A stretch of DNA of 64,000 nt, taken from positions 35,865-99,864 of the IMG/VR virus record IMGVR_UViG_3300005533_000001; one strand, given 5' to 3'. The DNA comes from a virus. Both the position numbers and the translations under genes were made by a program. How positions within the stretch are numbered: position 1 is the stretch's first letter; each line of letters begins with the position of its first letter. Shown piece by piece: positions 15,956 to 25,929 of the stretch. Under the pieces are notes generated by a model, which did not search any database, was not told the origin of the DNA, and saw nothing but the letters and a program-made list of their open reading frames with translations.

Positions 15956-17035
15956 ATGGCTTACCGGAAGCAGATTCACCAAAGCAATATCGAGATGTTG
16001 AGCAAGTGCGGAATCCAGTTTGAAAATGTGGTCATTCTCCACAAGCGGCGTCGCCCAAAAACATTCCTGATCTGCGGCACCGCCACCGATGAAGCGGTTG
16101 GCGTTGACCTGAATCACAAAATTGATACTGGCAATCTGGAGAATGAGTCAGTCATTTTAGATGTCGCCCGCGATAGTGCGCAGAAGGCCAGCTATGACGA
16201 TATCGAGCCGGAGGACGATGAGCGCGGGAAGTCGGCAGCGCAGTTGCGCGATCTGGTTACCGATAAGGCTGTGCGACTGGCCAAAGGCCACCATGGCGGC
16301 ATTGCTCCTCATATTGAGCCATTCAAGGTGGCGCGTAAGTTCTCAATCAATCTGGACAAATTTCTCCGGTCGCGTGCCAAATTCCTGCACGCACAGGCGG
16401 AAATGGAAATCCTCTCGCATGCGCGGAAGGTATTGCACACTCAGGCGGCACACATGAATGCCGCCGCGCGCGAGGGCATGGACTTCGTAGGTGAGCAGGA
16501 TATCGTCGAAAGCATTGGCGAACGACTGGTAATCCGCGATACCAAAACATCCAAGCGAACGCCGGATGTGAGCGTGGCGCATGAGAGTTCCCAGTTGAGC
16601 GCCTATACCATGGCCTCTTATGTGCTAGACGGCAAATTACCAGAAGCGGTCAAGTTGGATTATCTAGTTGACCTGAAGGGCGGGGTAAAGCCGGTGACCC
16701 TCGAAAGCACCCGCAATCTGGATGATGTGGACAATTACCTGAATCGGCTGGCGCAGAGCGTGGCTACCATTCGCAGCGGAATGTTTGTCCCCGCCCCCGA
16801 CGTGGCGTGGTATTGCGATAAACGATACTGTGGCTTTTGGGATACTTGTCCATTTGCTCGCGGCAGGGGTCGCACCGATATCTCATTGCCCAAAAACCTG
16901 ACTGGCGTTATCGAAAAGTCGCTAGAAAAGATTGCACCTAAAGTCAAGGCTTCACCATCGAAACCAACAGGAGAGAGCCATGGAACAGATCACAACCCCA
17001 GAACAAATAAAAAAGGCGGCAGCCCAACTGCTTGA
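15956..17035 (+). CDS. PD-(D/E)xK family nuclease with Cas4-like C-terminal Cys cluster
   Basis: IRDTKTSKR (D-x-K core) and C-terminal CDKRYCGFWDTCPF resembling the Cas4/RecB-family Fe-S Cys cluster. Confidence 0.55.
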   Translation: MAYRKQIHQSNIEMLSKCGIQFENVVILHKRRRPKTFLICGTATDEAVGVDLNHKIDTGNLENESVILDVARDSAQKASYDDIEPEDDERGKSAAQLRDLVTDKAVRLAKGHHGGIAPHIEPFKVARKFSINLDKFLRSRAKFLHAQAEMEILSHARKVLHTQAAHMNAAAREGMDFVGEQDIVESIGERLVIRDTKTSKRTPDVSVAHESSQLSAYTMASYVLDGKLPEAVKLDYLVDLKGGVKPVTLESTRNLDDVDNYLNRLAQSVATIRSGMFVPAPDVAWYCDKRYCGFWDTCPFARGRGRTDISLPKNLTGVIEKSLEKIAPKVKASPSKPTGESHGTDHNPRTNKKGGSPTA

Positions 17036-17288
17036 TCTATTCGGAAAAGATGGCGAGCATTGGACAAGAGGAACAGCAGCAAGAAATAAATATGGGCTGG
17101 CCGTAGATGCCAAATCTTCGGCGGCAGTCAAGTGGTGCATGTTGGGCGGCTGTGCAAAATTGAACATCAACCATCACTTCTTCTACCAAATCCCAGAAAC
17201 CAAATATGCCGTTGCGCGCTTCAATGATGCCGATGGCTTTAGCCCAATCAAAAAACTGCTGACTCGCATCGCAGAGAAGGGAGAATAA
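16980..17288 (+). CDS. hypothetical protein
   Basis: MEQITTPEQIKK... with AGGAGAGAGCCATG RBS. Confidence 0.35.
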   Translation: MEQITTPEQIKKAAAQLLDLFGKDGEHWTRGTAARNKYGLAVDAKSSAAVKWCMLGGCAKLNINHHFFYQIPETKYAVARFNDADGFSPIKKLLTRIAEKGE

Positions 17289-17289
17289 T

Positions 17290-18780
17290 ATGGCTTGGTC
17301 GCGCGAAGACGAAATGATTGCCGCGCTTTGGGTGGACTGGTATAAAACTGGACACCCCGATCAGTACCCCAAGGATACAGTTGGCGTCTGGGCCAACTGG
17401 ACGCCGCGCTCCACGCGAGTTCTTGGCGTACACAAAGTGGTGCATTTCGGATTGCAGTATTTCATCAAAGAGATGCTGATGACCGAATGGCAGCAAAACT
17501 TCTTTCAGCGCCCACTGGCCAGCGTGGTCAATCAGTATCGCGAAGTTTTGCACGCCTGCTTGGGAGTGGAGAAGCCAAACACCTCGCATCTTGAAACCCT
17601 GCACAAAATTGGTTATCTGCCGATTGAAATCTTCTCCATCCCTGAAGGGTTCGCCACGCCGCTAAATGTGCCATCTCTGGTAATCACCAATACCCGGCCA
17701 GAGGCATATTGGCTACCGAATAACGTTGAGAGCATCATGTCGAACTTGTTGTGGAAGGGATGCACCTCCGCGACAACCGCCCAGCGCTTTCGCCAGTTAT
17801 TTATGCGCTATGCCAAAGAAGCGGGCGAAACCGATTTCAGCTTTGTGGATTATATGGGTCACGACTTCTCTTTTCGGGGCATGAGCGGTCGCGAGGATGC
17901 GATCCTCTCCGGCATGGGCCACCTGCTGAGTTTCGCCGGCACCGATACTGTGCCAGCGATCTTCGCCGCCAAAAAATACTATGGCGCTGATTATTCGGTT
18001 GGGGCCAGCGTCCCGGCAACCGAGCATTCGGTTATGTGCGCAGGGTTGGCTGAAGAAGAATGCGCGACGATCACCCGTCTGGTTACAGAAATATATCCAA
18101 CTGGCATCGTGTCTATTGTGTCTGACACATGGAACCTGTGGCGCGTTCTGACCGAATACATTCCGCGCCTGAAGGATGTGATCTTGGCCCGCGATGGCAA
18201 GGTCGGAATCCGGCCAGACTCGGGCGACCCGGTTAACATCCTTTGCGGTGACTCAGCGCGGCCCGTGGAGCATCCGGCATATCATGGGGCGGTTCGACTA
18301 TTGGCGAAAGCCATGGGCATCGAAGAACGCAGTGGGAAATTGCCACTGATTCGTAAGGCGTTGACAGTTTATGGCGATGCCATCACTTATGAGCGGGCCG
18401 ATCAGATCATGAATCGCACCGTCTATGAACTAAAGATGTCACCCTATAACCACGTGCTGGGCATCGGCTCATTCACCTATGAGTACGTCACCCGCGATAC
18501 CTACGGCTTTGCCATGAAGGCCACAGCCGTGCGGCGCGGAGACACACTGCATGAAATCTACAAATCCCCGGTCACCGATTCCGGCGAGAAGGTTTCCCAT
18601 AAGGGAATCTTGGCCGTCTACCGCACCCCGGAATCAACCGAAGAGAAGCCGGACTACTTCCTGAAGCAGGGCGCGACAGTCAAGGAACTTAACAACTGCG
18701 CCTTTCAGAAAGTCTTCGAGAATGGCAACCTGTTGGTGGACGAGAAATTTGCCGACATCAGAAAGCGGGTGCGGGCATGA
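17290..18780 (+). CDS. nicotinamide phosphoribosyltransferase family enzyme (NAMPT/NadV- or Namat-like)
   Basis: FVDYMGHDFSFRGMSG and SFAGTDTVPAI, matching NAMPT-family DFGxRG and GTDT signatures. Confidence 0.75.
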   Translation: MAWSREDEMIAALWVDWYKTGHPDQYPKDTVGVWANWTPRSTRVLGVHKVVHFGLQYFIKEMLMTEWQQNFFQRPLASVVNQYREVLHACLGVEKPNTSHLETLHKIGYLPIEIFSIPEGFATPLNVPSLVITNTRPEAYWLPNNVESIMSNLLWKGCTSATTAQRFRQLFMRYAKEAGETDFSFVDYMGHDFSFRGMSGREDAILSGMGHLLSFAGTDTVPAIFAAKKYYGADYSVGASVPATEHSVMCAGLAEEECATITRLVTEIYPTGIVSIVSDTWNLWRVLTEYIPRLKDVILARDGKVGIRPDSGDPVNILCGDSARPVEHPAYHGAVRLLAKAMGIEERSGKLPLIRKALTVYGDAITYERADQIMNRTVYELKMSPYNHVLGIGSFTYEYVTRDTYGFAMKATAVRRGDTLHEIYKSPVTDSGEKVSHKGILAVYRTPESTEEKPDYFLKQGATVKELNNCAFQKVFENGNLLVDEKFADIRKRVRA

Positions 18781-19136
18781 AGTGGCGCGGAGTTGAAGGC
18801 GGGACACCGACCCATGGCAAACATCTATGCAAAAGTTGCGACCGCGCGCACATCATGCGCGGGGAAGCGGCGAGCGAGCAGATCATCTACTGCGAGGCGA
18901 TGTACTACAGACCAATTCGGGTGCCGTTCTCTGTGGTGACCGAGTGTTCGAGCTACGAAGAAACGGGGCGACCATCACTCTATGACATGAAGAAAATGGC
19001 CTACCTGATAAAGACTGATCCGCGCGGGAAGCCGGTTGGATTTATGACTAACAACGATTTCAGAAAAGAAAGCGGGCTGGATAGGGACGATGACATCATC
19101 ACCCCATCTCTTCCGTGGAACAAGAGAGACCTATGA
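18777..19136 (+). CDS. hypothetical Cys-containing protein
   Basis: CKSCDRAH...YCEAMYY; between the NAMPT-like and Prs-like genes. Confidence 0.35.
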   Translation: MKWRGVEGGTPTHGKHLCKSCDRAHIMRGEAASEQIIYCEAMYYRPIRVPFSVVTECSSYEETGRPSLYDMKKMAYLIKTDPRGKPVGFMTNNDFRKESGLDRDDDIITPSLPWNKRDL

Positions 19137-20002
19137 GCTACATCATCAAGATGCCAGAAGATGCTGGTACCCGGTATGAGGTAATCAAATACCCTGCCGG
19201 GGAACTTCAAGTTCGCATTTACAGTGACTACCTGCGCCCCATGTGCGCCGCATCGAGTGTCACCATCGTGGCCAACATCCGCGATGGGCAGGTAATGGAA
19301 CTGGCGCTATTGGCCGACGCTGTACACAACATCGTTAAAGGTCTGGCCCCCATCAATCTGGTGCTGCCGTATCTTCCTTACGCGCGTGCCGACCGGCGCT
19401 TCACCTCCGGCGATTGCAATGGATTGCGAACGTTCGGTGCGGTCATTGATGGCATGGGCTTCACGAATGTGTTCACGCTGGACGCACACTCCTCCATGGC
19501 CCGCCGCGCTATCGCCAATCTGGTGGACATCTATCCGGGGAAATTGATCGCGAAAGCCATCAAAGATATTGGCGCAAAAGATTTGGTGGTGCTCCTACCG
19601 GACAAGGGAGCCGAAGCGCGTTATACCGATCTGGGCGTCAAGGTGGCCTATTGCGAAAAGCATCGCGAAGCCAAGTCTGGTAAACTCTCCGGCTTCACCG
19701 TCCCCGATATAGACGAGGGCAAGGTGCTGATCGTGGATGATATCTGCGACGGCGGCGGCACCTTTCTGGGTATCGCGGAGGAATTGCGACGACAGCGCGG
19801 CTTCCATGGCGACTTGTACCTCTATGTCACGCATGGTATTTTCTCGAAGGGGCTTGGAGAATTAAGCGAGACGTTTCTGCGCATCTACACGTCGGACAGC
19901 TTCAGGAAGAGTGATACCTGCGACAGCCCGAACGTTGAGATTTATCCAAGCTGGCCGCTGTTCAAAACTGCCTTGGAGGAAAAAGAACTTGCCAGAGTCT
20001 AG
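19115..20002 (+). CDS. ribose-phosphate pyrophosphokinase family enzyme (Prs- or Adps-like)
   Basis: YLPYARADRR (Prs YxGYARQDR-like) and PRPP-binding loop VLIVDDICDGGGT; an alternative ATG start at 19134 (MSYIIKM). Confidence 0.7.
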   Translation: MEQERPMSYIIKMPEDAGTRYEVIKYPAGELQVRIYSDYLRPMCAASSVTIVANIRDGQVMELALLADAVHNIVKGLAPINLVLPYLPYARADRRFTSGDCNGLRTFGAVIDGMGFTNVFTLDAHSSMARRAIANLVDIYPGKLIAKAIKDIGAKDLVVLLPDKGAEARYTDLGVKVAYCEKHREAKSGKLSGFTVPDIDEGKVLIVDDICDGGGTFLGIAEELRRQRGFHGDLYLYVTHGIFSKGLGELSETFLRIYTSDSFRKSDTCDSPNVEIYPSWPLFKTALEEKELARV

Positions 20003-21305
20003 TCTTGCCATCACGCCGAAGCATTTAGCCGTCACCGACGAACAACTGAAGCTGGCCAAGGAAACCGTGGCCAGCAAACTCAACGAGCATGAGTTTGACC
20101 TGTTCCTATACAACTGCCAGCGCCAAGGCATTCACCCGCTTGACCACATGCTGATCCCGGTGGTGCGCACCGATAACGGTGTGCGCCGTCTGACGTTCAC
20201 TACCACCGTGGACTTGCTGCGTTCGCGCGCAGCAGAGAGTGGCGAGTATGCCGGAAGCGATGACGCGGTTTTCACTGAAGACGGCAGACTCCCCAAGCAG
20301 GCCACGGTCACCGTCTGGCGCATCGTGCAATCCGTCCGCTGTCCCTTCACCGCGACCGCACGCTGGGATGAGTATGTGCCGAGCGGCGATCAAGCGTTTA
20401 TGTGGAAGAACAAGCCACACGTCATGCTGGCCAAGTGTGCCGAGGCTTTGGCGCTACGCAAGGCGTTCCCCAAGCAACTAGCCGGGATGTATGCCGCCGA
20501 AGAGATGCACGGCCCTGACCGCACGGAATCGGTAGAAGAAAAAAAGACCCGCAAAGAAGTGGAGCGCGCCACGCTTGAACCCGGCAAGGAACCCAATCGC
20601 GGCCATGGGAAAGAAGTTATCGAAGCCGAAGTGGTTGCTACCAATCCAGCCCCAGAGCCAAAGAAGAAGGCCGATAAGGCCGAGAAACCCAAAGATTTGA
20701 AGACCATCGAAGTGAAAGTGCTGGACGTGAAGCCGAAGATGAAGAAGTCAACAGGTAAGCCGCCACAGGATTACTACATTCTTGAATGCGAAGGCGACGT
20801 GACCCTGTTTGTCTGGGACAAACATTGTCATGCCGCTTCGATTAAGTCCAAGGGGCGCAAGGCTGAATTCGCTGTTTCTGAAAGTAATGGTTACACCAAT
20901 GTGCAGGATGTACTGTCGGTTGATGGCGTGAAATTCACCCGCGATCCCGAAACCAAAGACTGCATCCCTGCCGAGTTATTGGAGTTGACTACCATGAAGA
21001 CCACACCTGCACCGGCACCCAAGGTTGGCCTCAATAGCCTTATCGGCAAGGTGGAACTATATGATGACACCGATAGTGTGGACGGCAAGCCACTTACTAC
21101 CAAGAATGGTACTAAGTACGTTGCTATCAACATTGCCGGGTTAGAAGCTAATCCAAAGGCCGAACCCAATAATCGCTTCTACTGTCACCAAGAAAGCCTG
21201 TTCGCGAAGTTAAAAGCTGCGACCGGCAAGTCAATTGAATTTGAATACTCCAGCAAGAAAGACGCCAAGGGGAATGTCTGGCAGGCGATTGAGGCTATCC
21301 GGTGA
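19989..21305 (+). CDS. RecT-family recombinase with long Lys-rich linker and C-terminal extension
   Basis: HVMLAKCAEALALRKAFPKQLAGMYAAEE (RecT signature); start uncertain (TTG at 19989); ~250-aa C-terminal extension with two similar subdomains. Confidence 0.55.
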   Translation: MPESSLAITPKHLAVTDEQLKLAKETVASKLNEHEFDLFLYNCQRQGIHPLDHMLIPVVRTDNGVRRLTFTTTVDLLRSRAAESGEYAGSDDAVFTEDGRLPKQATVTVWRIVQSVRCPFTATARWDEYVPSGDQAFMWKNKPHVMLAKCAEALALRKAFPKQLAGMYAAEEMHGPDRTESVEEKKTRKEVERATLEPGKEPNRGHGKEVIEAEVVATNPAPEPKKKADKAEKPKDLKTIEVKVLDVKPKMKKSTGKPPQDYYILECEGDVTLFVWDKHCHAASIKSKGRKAEFAVSESNGYTNVQDVLSVDGVKFTRDPETKDCIPAELLELTTMKTTPAPAPKVGLNSLIGKVELYDDTDSVDGKPLTTKNGTKYVAINIAGLEANPKAEPNNRFYCHQESLFAKLKAATGKSIEFEYSSKKDAKGNVWQAIEAIR

Positions 21306-21440
21306 TCTGGAAGGTTGCGTTGCTTGTCTATCTCTGGGCCGACATGGCTGCATACTATTACGCCAGAATCAAATTGAGCCGCGTTCCAAGCTGGAGCCAT
21401 CTGCTGCCCGGAGGCGGCTTCATGCTTTTATTTCCACCCG

Positions 21441-21650
21441 ATGCACCGAGGGATACCCATGGAAACACCACTGACCACCAATCCTGAAAAGCGACCTAAG
21501 CACTGGTTTTGGCAGCACGAATGGGAGTTATTCGCAATCAGCAACCACCGGATATACTTTGAATCGTATTGGACATACAAATGCGCCTGCGGTAAACACA
21601 AGCAAATTACACGCAAGGGTCATTGGAATTTCCCACCCGAAGACGAATAG
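21441..21650 (+). CDS. hypothetical protein
   Basis: 69-aa ORF. Confidence 0.3.
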   Translation: MHRGIPMETPLTTNPEKRPKHWFWQHEWELFAISNHRIYFESYWTYKCACGKHKQITRKGHWNFPPEDE

Positions 21651-21813
21651 CTATTGCATTTCTCTCCCGCCTTGTTGTATAGATTGGAAATTCTCCCAAT
21701 AAACAATTTCGGTCAAATTGAACGCAGGGAGTTCTACGGCTCTACCCATCGCCCAGCGGAGTAATCCGCCATGCCCGAAAACGGGATAAATCGAGGGCCA
21801 GATAAAGTTTTTT

Positions 21814-21841
21814 TTGACCGAAATGATTATTGTTTTATGAT
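21814..21841 (+). promoter_or_regulatory. sigma70-like promoter in an AT-rich ~180-nt intergenic region
   Basis: TTGACC, 16-nt spacer, TATGAT. Confidence 0.4.
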
Positions 21842-21892
21842 TTGCACACCGTGCGAAGGAATAAAAGCCTCTCTTTGTTCGATGGTCAGGAA

Positions 21893-22210
21893 ATGACAGT
21901 TAAGCCTGAAACTGATCCTCGTCACGCGGAATTTCGCGATCTACTGGGTAGATGTTACCGATATCTGAATGATGGCGAAGAGATGCCATGGGATGGGAGC
22001 GATGCCAAGAAGTTGGCAGAATTGCTCGCAGCGAAACCGGACTTAACCAAGGAAAAGTTTTACCGCTGGTTAGTCTGGTACGCGCAATCGGAGAATATCA
22101 ATCCAGCAGCAAGGCCGCGTCGGTTCTTGCCCAGTATAACCGACTACGCCAGTGGGCCGCTGAATGAATACGGCAGGCCGCTGAAAGAAAAAAAGAAGCG
22201 AGTGTTATGA
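21893..22210 (+). CDS. hypothetical protein
   Basis: MTVKPETDPRHAEF...; the track ORF begins at 21830, but that ATG lies inside the predicted -10 element. Confidence 0.35.
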   Translation: MTVKPETDPRHAEFRDLLGRCYRYLNDGEEMPWDGSDAKKLAELLAAKPDLTKEKFYRWLVWYAQSENINPAARPRRFLPSITDYASGPLNEYGRPLKEKKKRVL

Positions 22211-22253
22211 TGGCTGACATGGTAAGCAGCCAAGGGAAACCGGTGAATGCTGG

Positions 22254-22445
22254 GTGATAGTAAAACTCGAAATCAACACCAGACTCTACAGAGATGCCGA
22301 GAAGTGTGCCATGGAATCGGAGATGGAAACGCCGCGCTTTTTGGAGGAAGTCATTGAAAGTTATATAGCCAGCAGGCGGCTGAAAAAAGATATTCCGCTC
22401 GCGAATTTGGTGGCACAATTACAGAAACGCAAGAAGTCCATTTAA
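22254..22445 (+). CDS. hypothetical protein
   Basis: 63-aa ORF ending ...KKSI-stop within the GTCCATTTAATGG motif. Confidence 0.3.
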   Translation: MIVKLEINTRLYRDAEKCAMESEMETPRFLEEVIESYIASRRLKKDIPLANLVAQLQKRKKSI

Positions 22446-22452
22446 TGGTCAC
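22436..22452 (+). promoter_or_regulatory. conserved 17-bp motif GTCCATTTAATGGTCAC (copy 2)
   Basis: Identical to the copy at 57786; followed by GGGAGG RBS and the ATG at 22464. Confidence 0.4.
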
Positions 22453-22463
22453 GGGAGGATTGA

Positions 22464-22844
22464 ATGACGAATGGCTTTCCGGGTACGAAACTAGCTAGGC
22501 AGCAAATGCAGGCGATCATCAACGCCAGACTAGATGCGCTTGGTCATGGTGCGTTCATGTACCGGCGCGCGGCACTACCCGCAAATTGGCAAGTACCAAC
22601 TCAGCAGATAAGGCCGGGGGTTGTTTTTGGTGGATCAATTCATGTCATGAGTGGCGGGCAAGTGCAACGATACTGGGCCGGAACCAATATTCCCATCCCC
22701 TCGACCACTGGCAGTATGATTGGCGACCCTCAGCGCGTCATCATCGCCGACCCGGTTTATGATCCAGTCGAAAACCCTGACCGCGATCAGCAACCAACCA
22801 ACGTCCCGGCAGAGCCGGAGAAAGAGCCAGTCGTGCAGCCATGA
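22464..22844 (+). CDS. hypothetical protein
   Basis: 126-aa ORF with GGGAGGATTGAATG RBS. Confidence 0.4.
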   Translation: MTNGFPGTKLARQQMQAIINARLDALGHGAFMYRRAALPANWQVPTQQIRPGVVFGGSIHVMSGGQVQRYWAGTNIPIPSTTGSMIGDPQRVIIADPVYDPVENPDRDQQPTNVPAEPEKEPVVQP

Positions 22845-23482
22845 AGAATCCATTCGGCAAAATTTTCGGCTGGGCCACTGAGAAACCATCTGATATGTGC
22901 GCGCAACCACCACAACAGGGAATGACAACCCCCGGACAGGCGATTCCGGCAAGCGTGTCGCTGGCAGTGCAACAATTAAGCATTTCCAACCAGACTGTCG
23001 CCGCGAGCACCGGTGTGTTTGGCATAGGCGCGGGGCAGGAAGAACCCAAACTACTTCCCAACAATCCCGAAGAGGTGCGCTTGGTGGTTCCGGTAGTAGG
23101 CTATCGCGCTTGGCGCGCCTCCCCGGTCACGCGGTGCATGTTTTCGTTTAATGGCACGAAGTGGGAGCCAAATAAAGCGCTTCACGCTGAGTGTCATCGC
23201 GGCGGACAAATGTGCACTGGCGTCAACTGCACTTGTGGCATCTATGCTTGGCGCAACCCTCAAAGTGAATTTGCAGTTGCAGAACCCGCTGTCGTTTCTG
23301 GGCAGGTAAATCTCTGGGGATTGGTCGTTGAGCACAGTCTTGGTTATCGCGCTGAGATTGCCTACCCTAAATCGTTCTTCAATACTGGATTCGAGGCACG
23401 TCGGATGGCCGAGATGTTCGGCGTACCGCTTGTTGATGTACCATCGGTCAATCAACTGCCACCGTGCGCATCAGTGATCTAA
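22841..23482 (+). CDS. hypothetical protein
   Basis: 213-aa ORF; Cys-containing C-terminal half (CHRGGQMCTGVNCTCGIYAW). Confidence 0.4.
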   Translation: MKNPFGKIFGWATEKPSDMCAQPPQQGMTTPGQAIPASVSLAVQQLSISNQTVAASTGVFGIGAGQEEPKLLPNNPEEVRLVVPVVGYRAWRASPVTRCMFSFNGTKWEPNKALHAECHRGGQMCTGVNCTCGIYAWRNPQSEFAVAEPAVVSGQVNLWGLVVEHSLGYRAEIAYPKSFFNTGFEARRMAEMFGVPLVDVPSVNQLPPCASVI

Positions 23483-25152
23483 AAGAAGCCGACTTCCGTA
23501 AATACTTTGAGGCCCGCCTACAGCATCACAGGATGCGCCGCAGCGGGAGCGGCTTCTCTGCGCAGTGCCCCCTCCACGAAGATCAAACACCATCGCTTTC
23601 GATCAACACCGAAAAGGGAGTCTGGAAGTGTCATGGCGGCTGCGGCCATGGCGGCATTCTGGATTTCGAGGTGCTGTATTCCCGCTGCGACAAACCCACC
23701 GCGCTGGCCAACATCGCTGAGATAACCGGCCAATCACAGCTTGAACTAGCCTCGCTGGCAACTCAGGACATCATTTACTCCTATGTCGATGCCAACGGCG
23801 CGGAGTTGTTTCAGGTTGTACGCAAGCCGGGAAAGCAATTCTCGCAGCGCCGCAAAGGCCCGGACGGAAACTGGATTTACGAAACTTCGAGCATCCCAAT
23901 GGTTCTCTACCATCTGGATGAAGTCATTGGGGCGAACGAGGTGTGCATCTGCGAAGGCGAAAAAGATGCTGACCGGATGCGGGCGGAGATGCGGGCGCAC
24001 TACAAGAAGAAGGGTTGGCCGGAGACGCGGGTAGCGGCTACTACTTCGCCGCGCGGTGCAGGCAAGTGGCAGGAATCTTTTGCGCCCTACTTCATCGGCA
24101 AAAAGACGCTGATCTTTCAGGACAACGATGAAGTTAATAAGAACGGCATCCGACCGGGCGAACAGCATGCGCTTCAGGTGGCGAAGTCGATTTATCCATT
24201 TGCCAACGGGGTAAGGATTGTAAGCTGCCCCGGCGTAAAGGATGTAAGCGACTATCTGGATTCTGGGAAAACCATCGAAGATATTGTCGCGCTGGCCAAA
24301 CAAACTGCGACATGGAAGCCAGAGAAGGCGGCCACTACTCTGTTTATGACTTCCACGCAGTTTGTGGAAAAGGCCGCCGAACAGATTGATTGGGTGGTGG
24401 AAGGTTTGATCCAGCGTGGTGCCAATGGACTATTTCTGGGCAGGCCGAAGGCGGGGAAAAGTCCCTGCGCGCTTGATCTGGCAATCGCCATGGCCAGCAA
24501 GCAAAAGTGGCTGGACTTCTTCATCCCACAGCGGACGCGCGTCGCCTTTGTCAGTCGCGAAGATAATGCCGCGCTCACCCAATGGCGCTTCAAGAAATTT
24601 TTGATCCATCGAGAATTGGACGCCAAGGATTTGGACGAATGGTTGTACATCAACGCCAAAGGTCTGCGACCCAAGATCATGCTGGACTACCCGGATGATG
24701 TGAACCGCCTGATCGCTGACCTGAAAGAATACAAGTCGGAAGTCCTGTTTCTGGACGTGATGCGGGTGATGCACGGTATTGACGAGAACGATAACACTTT
24801 GATGCAGCGGGTGATTGACGAGTTGAACCGCATTCAGGATACGGCGGGGTGCTCCATCTGTTTGCTGCACCACACCAACAAAGATCGCGAAGCCACGCTG
24901 ACTGAATCGGCGCGCGGCGCTGGCGCGATTGCAGGCTGGGCGGAATATGTGCTGGGGGTGCGGGTGGAGGATGAGGATACATGGGTACGCCAATTCAAAT
25001 GCGAAATCAAGGCCCATCAGGCTCCCGACAGTTTCTTTTGGAAAATCATTGACACGCCGGAGAATGGAGTTAAAATAGAGCGCATTACCTATGAACCGTC
25101 ATCGCGTGGGAGACGACGGACAAACACAAACGAATGCGAACCGATGTTCTGA
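23464..25152 (+). CDS. DNA primase/helicase (CHC2 zinc finger, Toprim, AAA_25 P-loop)
   Basis: CPLHEDQTPSLSIN...WKCHGGCGHGG (CHC2 Zn finger), VCICEGEKDADRM (Toprim), GRPKAGKS Walker A, hhhD Walker B (VLFLDV). Confidence 0.7.
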   Translation: MRISDLKEADFRKYFEARLQHHRMRRSGSGFSAQCPLHEDQTPSLSINTEKGVWKCHGGCGHGGILDFEVLYSRCDKPTALANIAEITGQSQLELASLATQDIIYSYVDANGAELFQVVRKPGKQFSQRRKGPDGNWIYETSSIPMVLYHLDEVIGANEVCICEGEKDADRMRAEMRAHYKKKGWPETRVAATTSPRGAGKWQESFAPYFIGKKTLIFQDNDEVNKNGIRPGEQHALQVAKSIYPFANGVRIVSCPGVKDVSDYLDSGKTIEDIVALAKQTATWKPEKAATTLFMTSTQFVEKAAEQIDWVVEGLIQRGANGLFLGRPKAGKSPCALDLAIAMASKQKWLDFFIPQRTRVAFVSREDNAALTQWRFKKFLIHRELDAKDLDEWLYINAKGLRPKIMLDYPDDVNRLIADLKEYKSEVLFLDVMRVMHGIDENDNTLMQRVIDELNRIQDTAGCSICLLHHTNKDREATLTESARGAGAIAGWAEYVLGVRVEDEDTWVRQFKCEIKAHQAPDSFFWKIIDTPENGVKIERITYEPSSRGRRRTNTNECEPMF

Positions 25153-25161
25153 GGAGAACAC

Positions 25162-25581
25162 ATGCAAGCAAAAATGAAACTCAGCGAAGCGATTATGTTG
25201 GGGCGGGTACTGGTTAACTTTACTCACCACAAATGGTACAGCCGGGATACCAATTGTGGCTGCCTGATTGGGATGGGTATGGCCGCCGTGGGCGTACCGG
25301 AAGGCGTTGGTCTTGTAACCGACGAAGAGGTAGCAGCAATGTGGCCATGGCTGCGCGAGCGTCGCGAAGCGCCGGATGGGCTGGAGGTTGGGTATTATCG
25401 GACAAATTACCCCAATGCCGCTGGAATTATCAGCGACATGGCTTATCTGATAAGCCAAGGCGAAATGACGCTGGAGCAAGCTGTCGAATGGATTCGGCAG
25501 AATGAACCACAGGAGACACTAGAAGACAAGCGCGAGATTGTGGAACAATTCTGCGATCAACTGGTGGCCGAAGTTGCCTAA
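25162..25581 (+). CDS. member 1 of a 4-copy paralogous small-protein family (unknown function)
   Basis: Shared family pattern M..SEAI.LG...CALG..A.G.....WPW......C.......H.F.EH....TLE....WI...EP; paralogs at 30491, 35304 and 56145. Confidence 0.45.
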   Translation: MQAKMKLSEAIMLGRVLVNFTHHKWYSRDTNCGCLIGMGMAAVGVPEGVGLVTDEEVAAMWPWLRERREAPDGLEVGYYRTNYPNAAGIISDMAYLISQGEMTLEQAVEWIRQNEPQETLEDKREIVEQFCDQLVAEVA

Positions 25582-25792
25582 GCCGGGAAAGCGCGGGCGG
25601 TGCCGGTATGGCCGCGCGGATAGCGATTTGGTTTCATATCGCGTCATCGCTCGCCGCTTGGGTATAAGCCTTGGCACCGTGGTCAAGGAATTCAATAGTG
25701 GTATGCGGAAATTGCGCCACAACCCCACGGCGAAGGAGCTATTCCTATCCACCATTGAAAAGGTGCCCCATGACCATCCAGTGGAAATGTAA
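25538..25792 (+). CDS. sigma-70 region-4-like HTH protein
   Basis: SYRVIARRLGISLGTVVKEFNSGMRKLR resembles the region 4.2 HTH of sigma70/ECF factors; start uncertain. Confidence 0.45.
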   Translation: MWNNSAINWWPKLPKPGKRGRCRYGRADSDLVSYRVIARRLGISLGTVVKEFNSGMRKLRHNPTAKELFLSTIEKVPHDHPVEM

Positions 25793-25929
25793 ATGCGGGA
25801 AACGGTTTGAGGATGGCCACGCGGCCTTCCTCCACCGCGACGGTAGCAGCGACCACGATCCAACCCCGGTGGCATCCCCCGGCCTCACCGGCATTGAGCG
25901 GGAAAAATTATTCTCCATCGAGGATTCAC

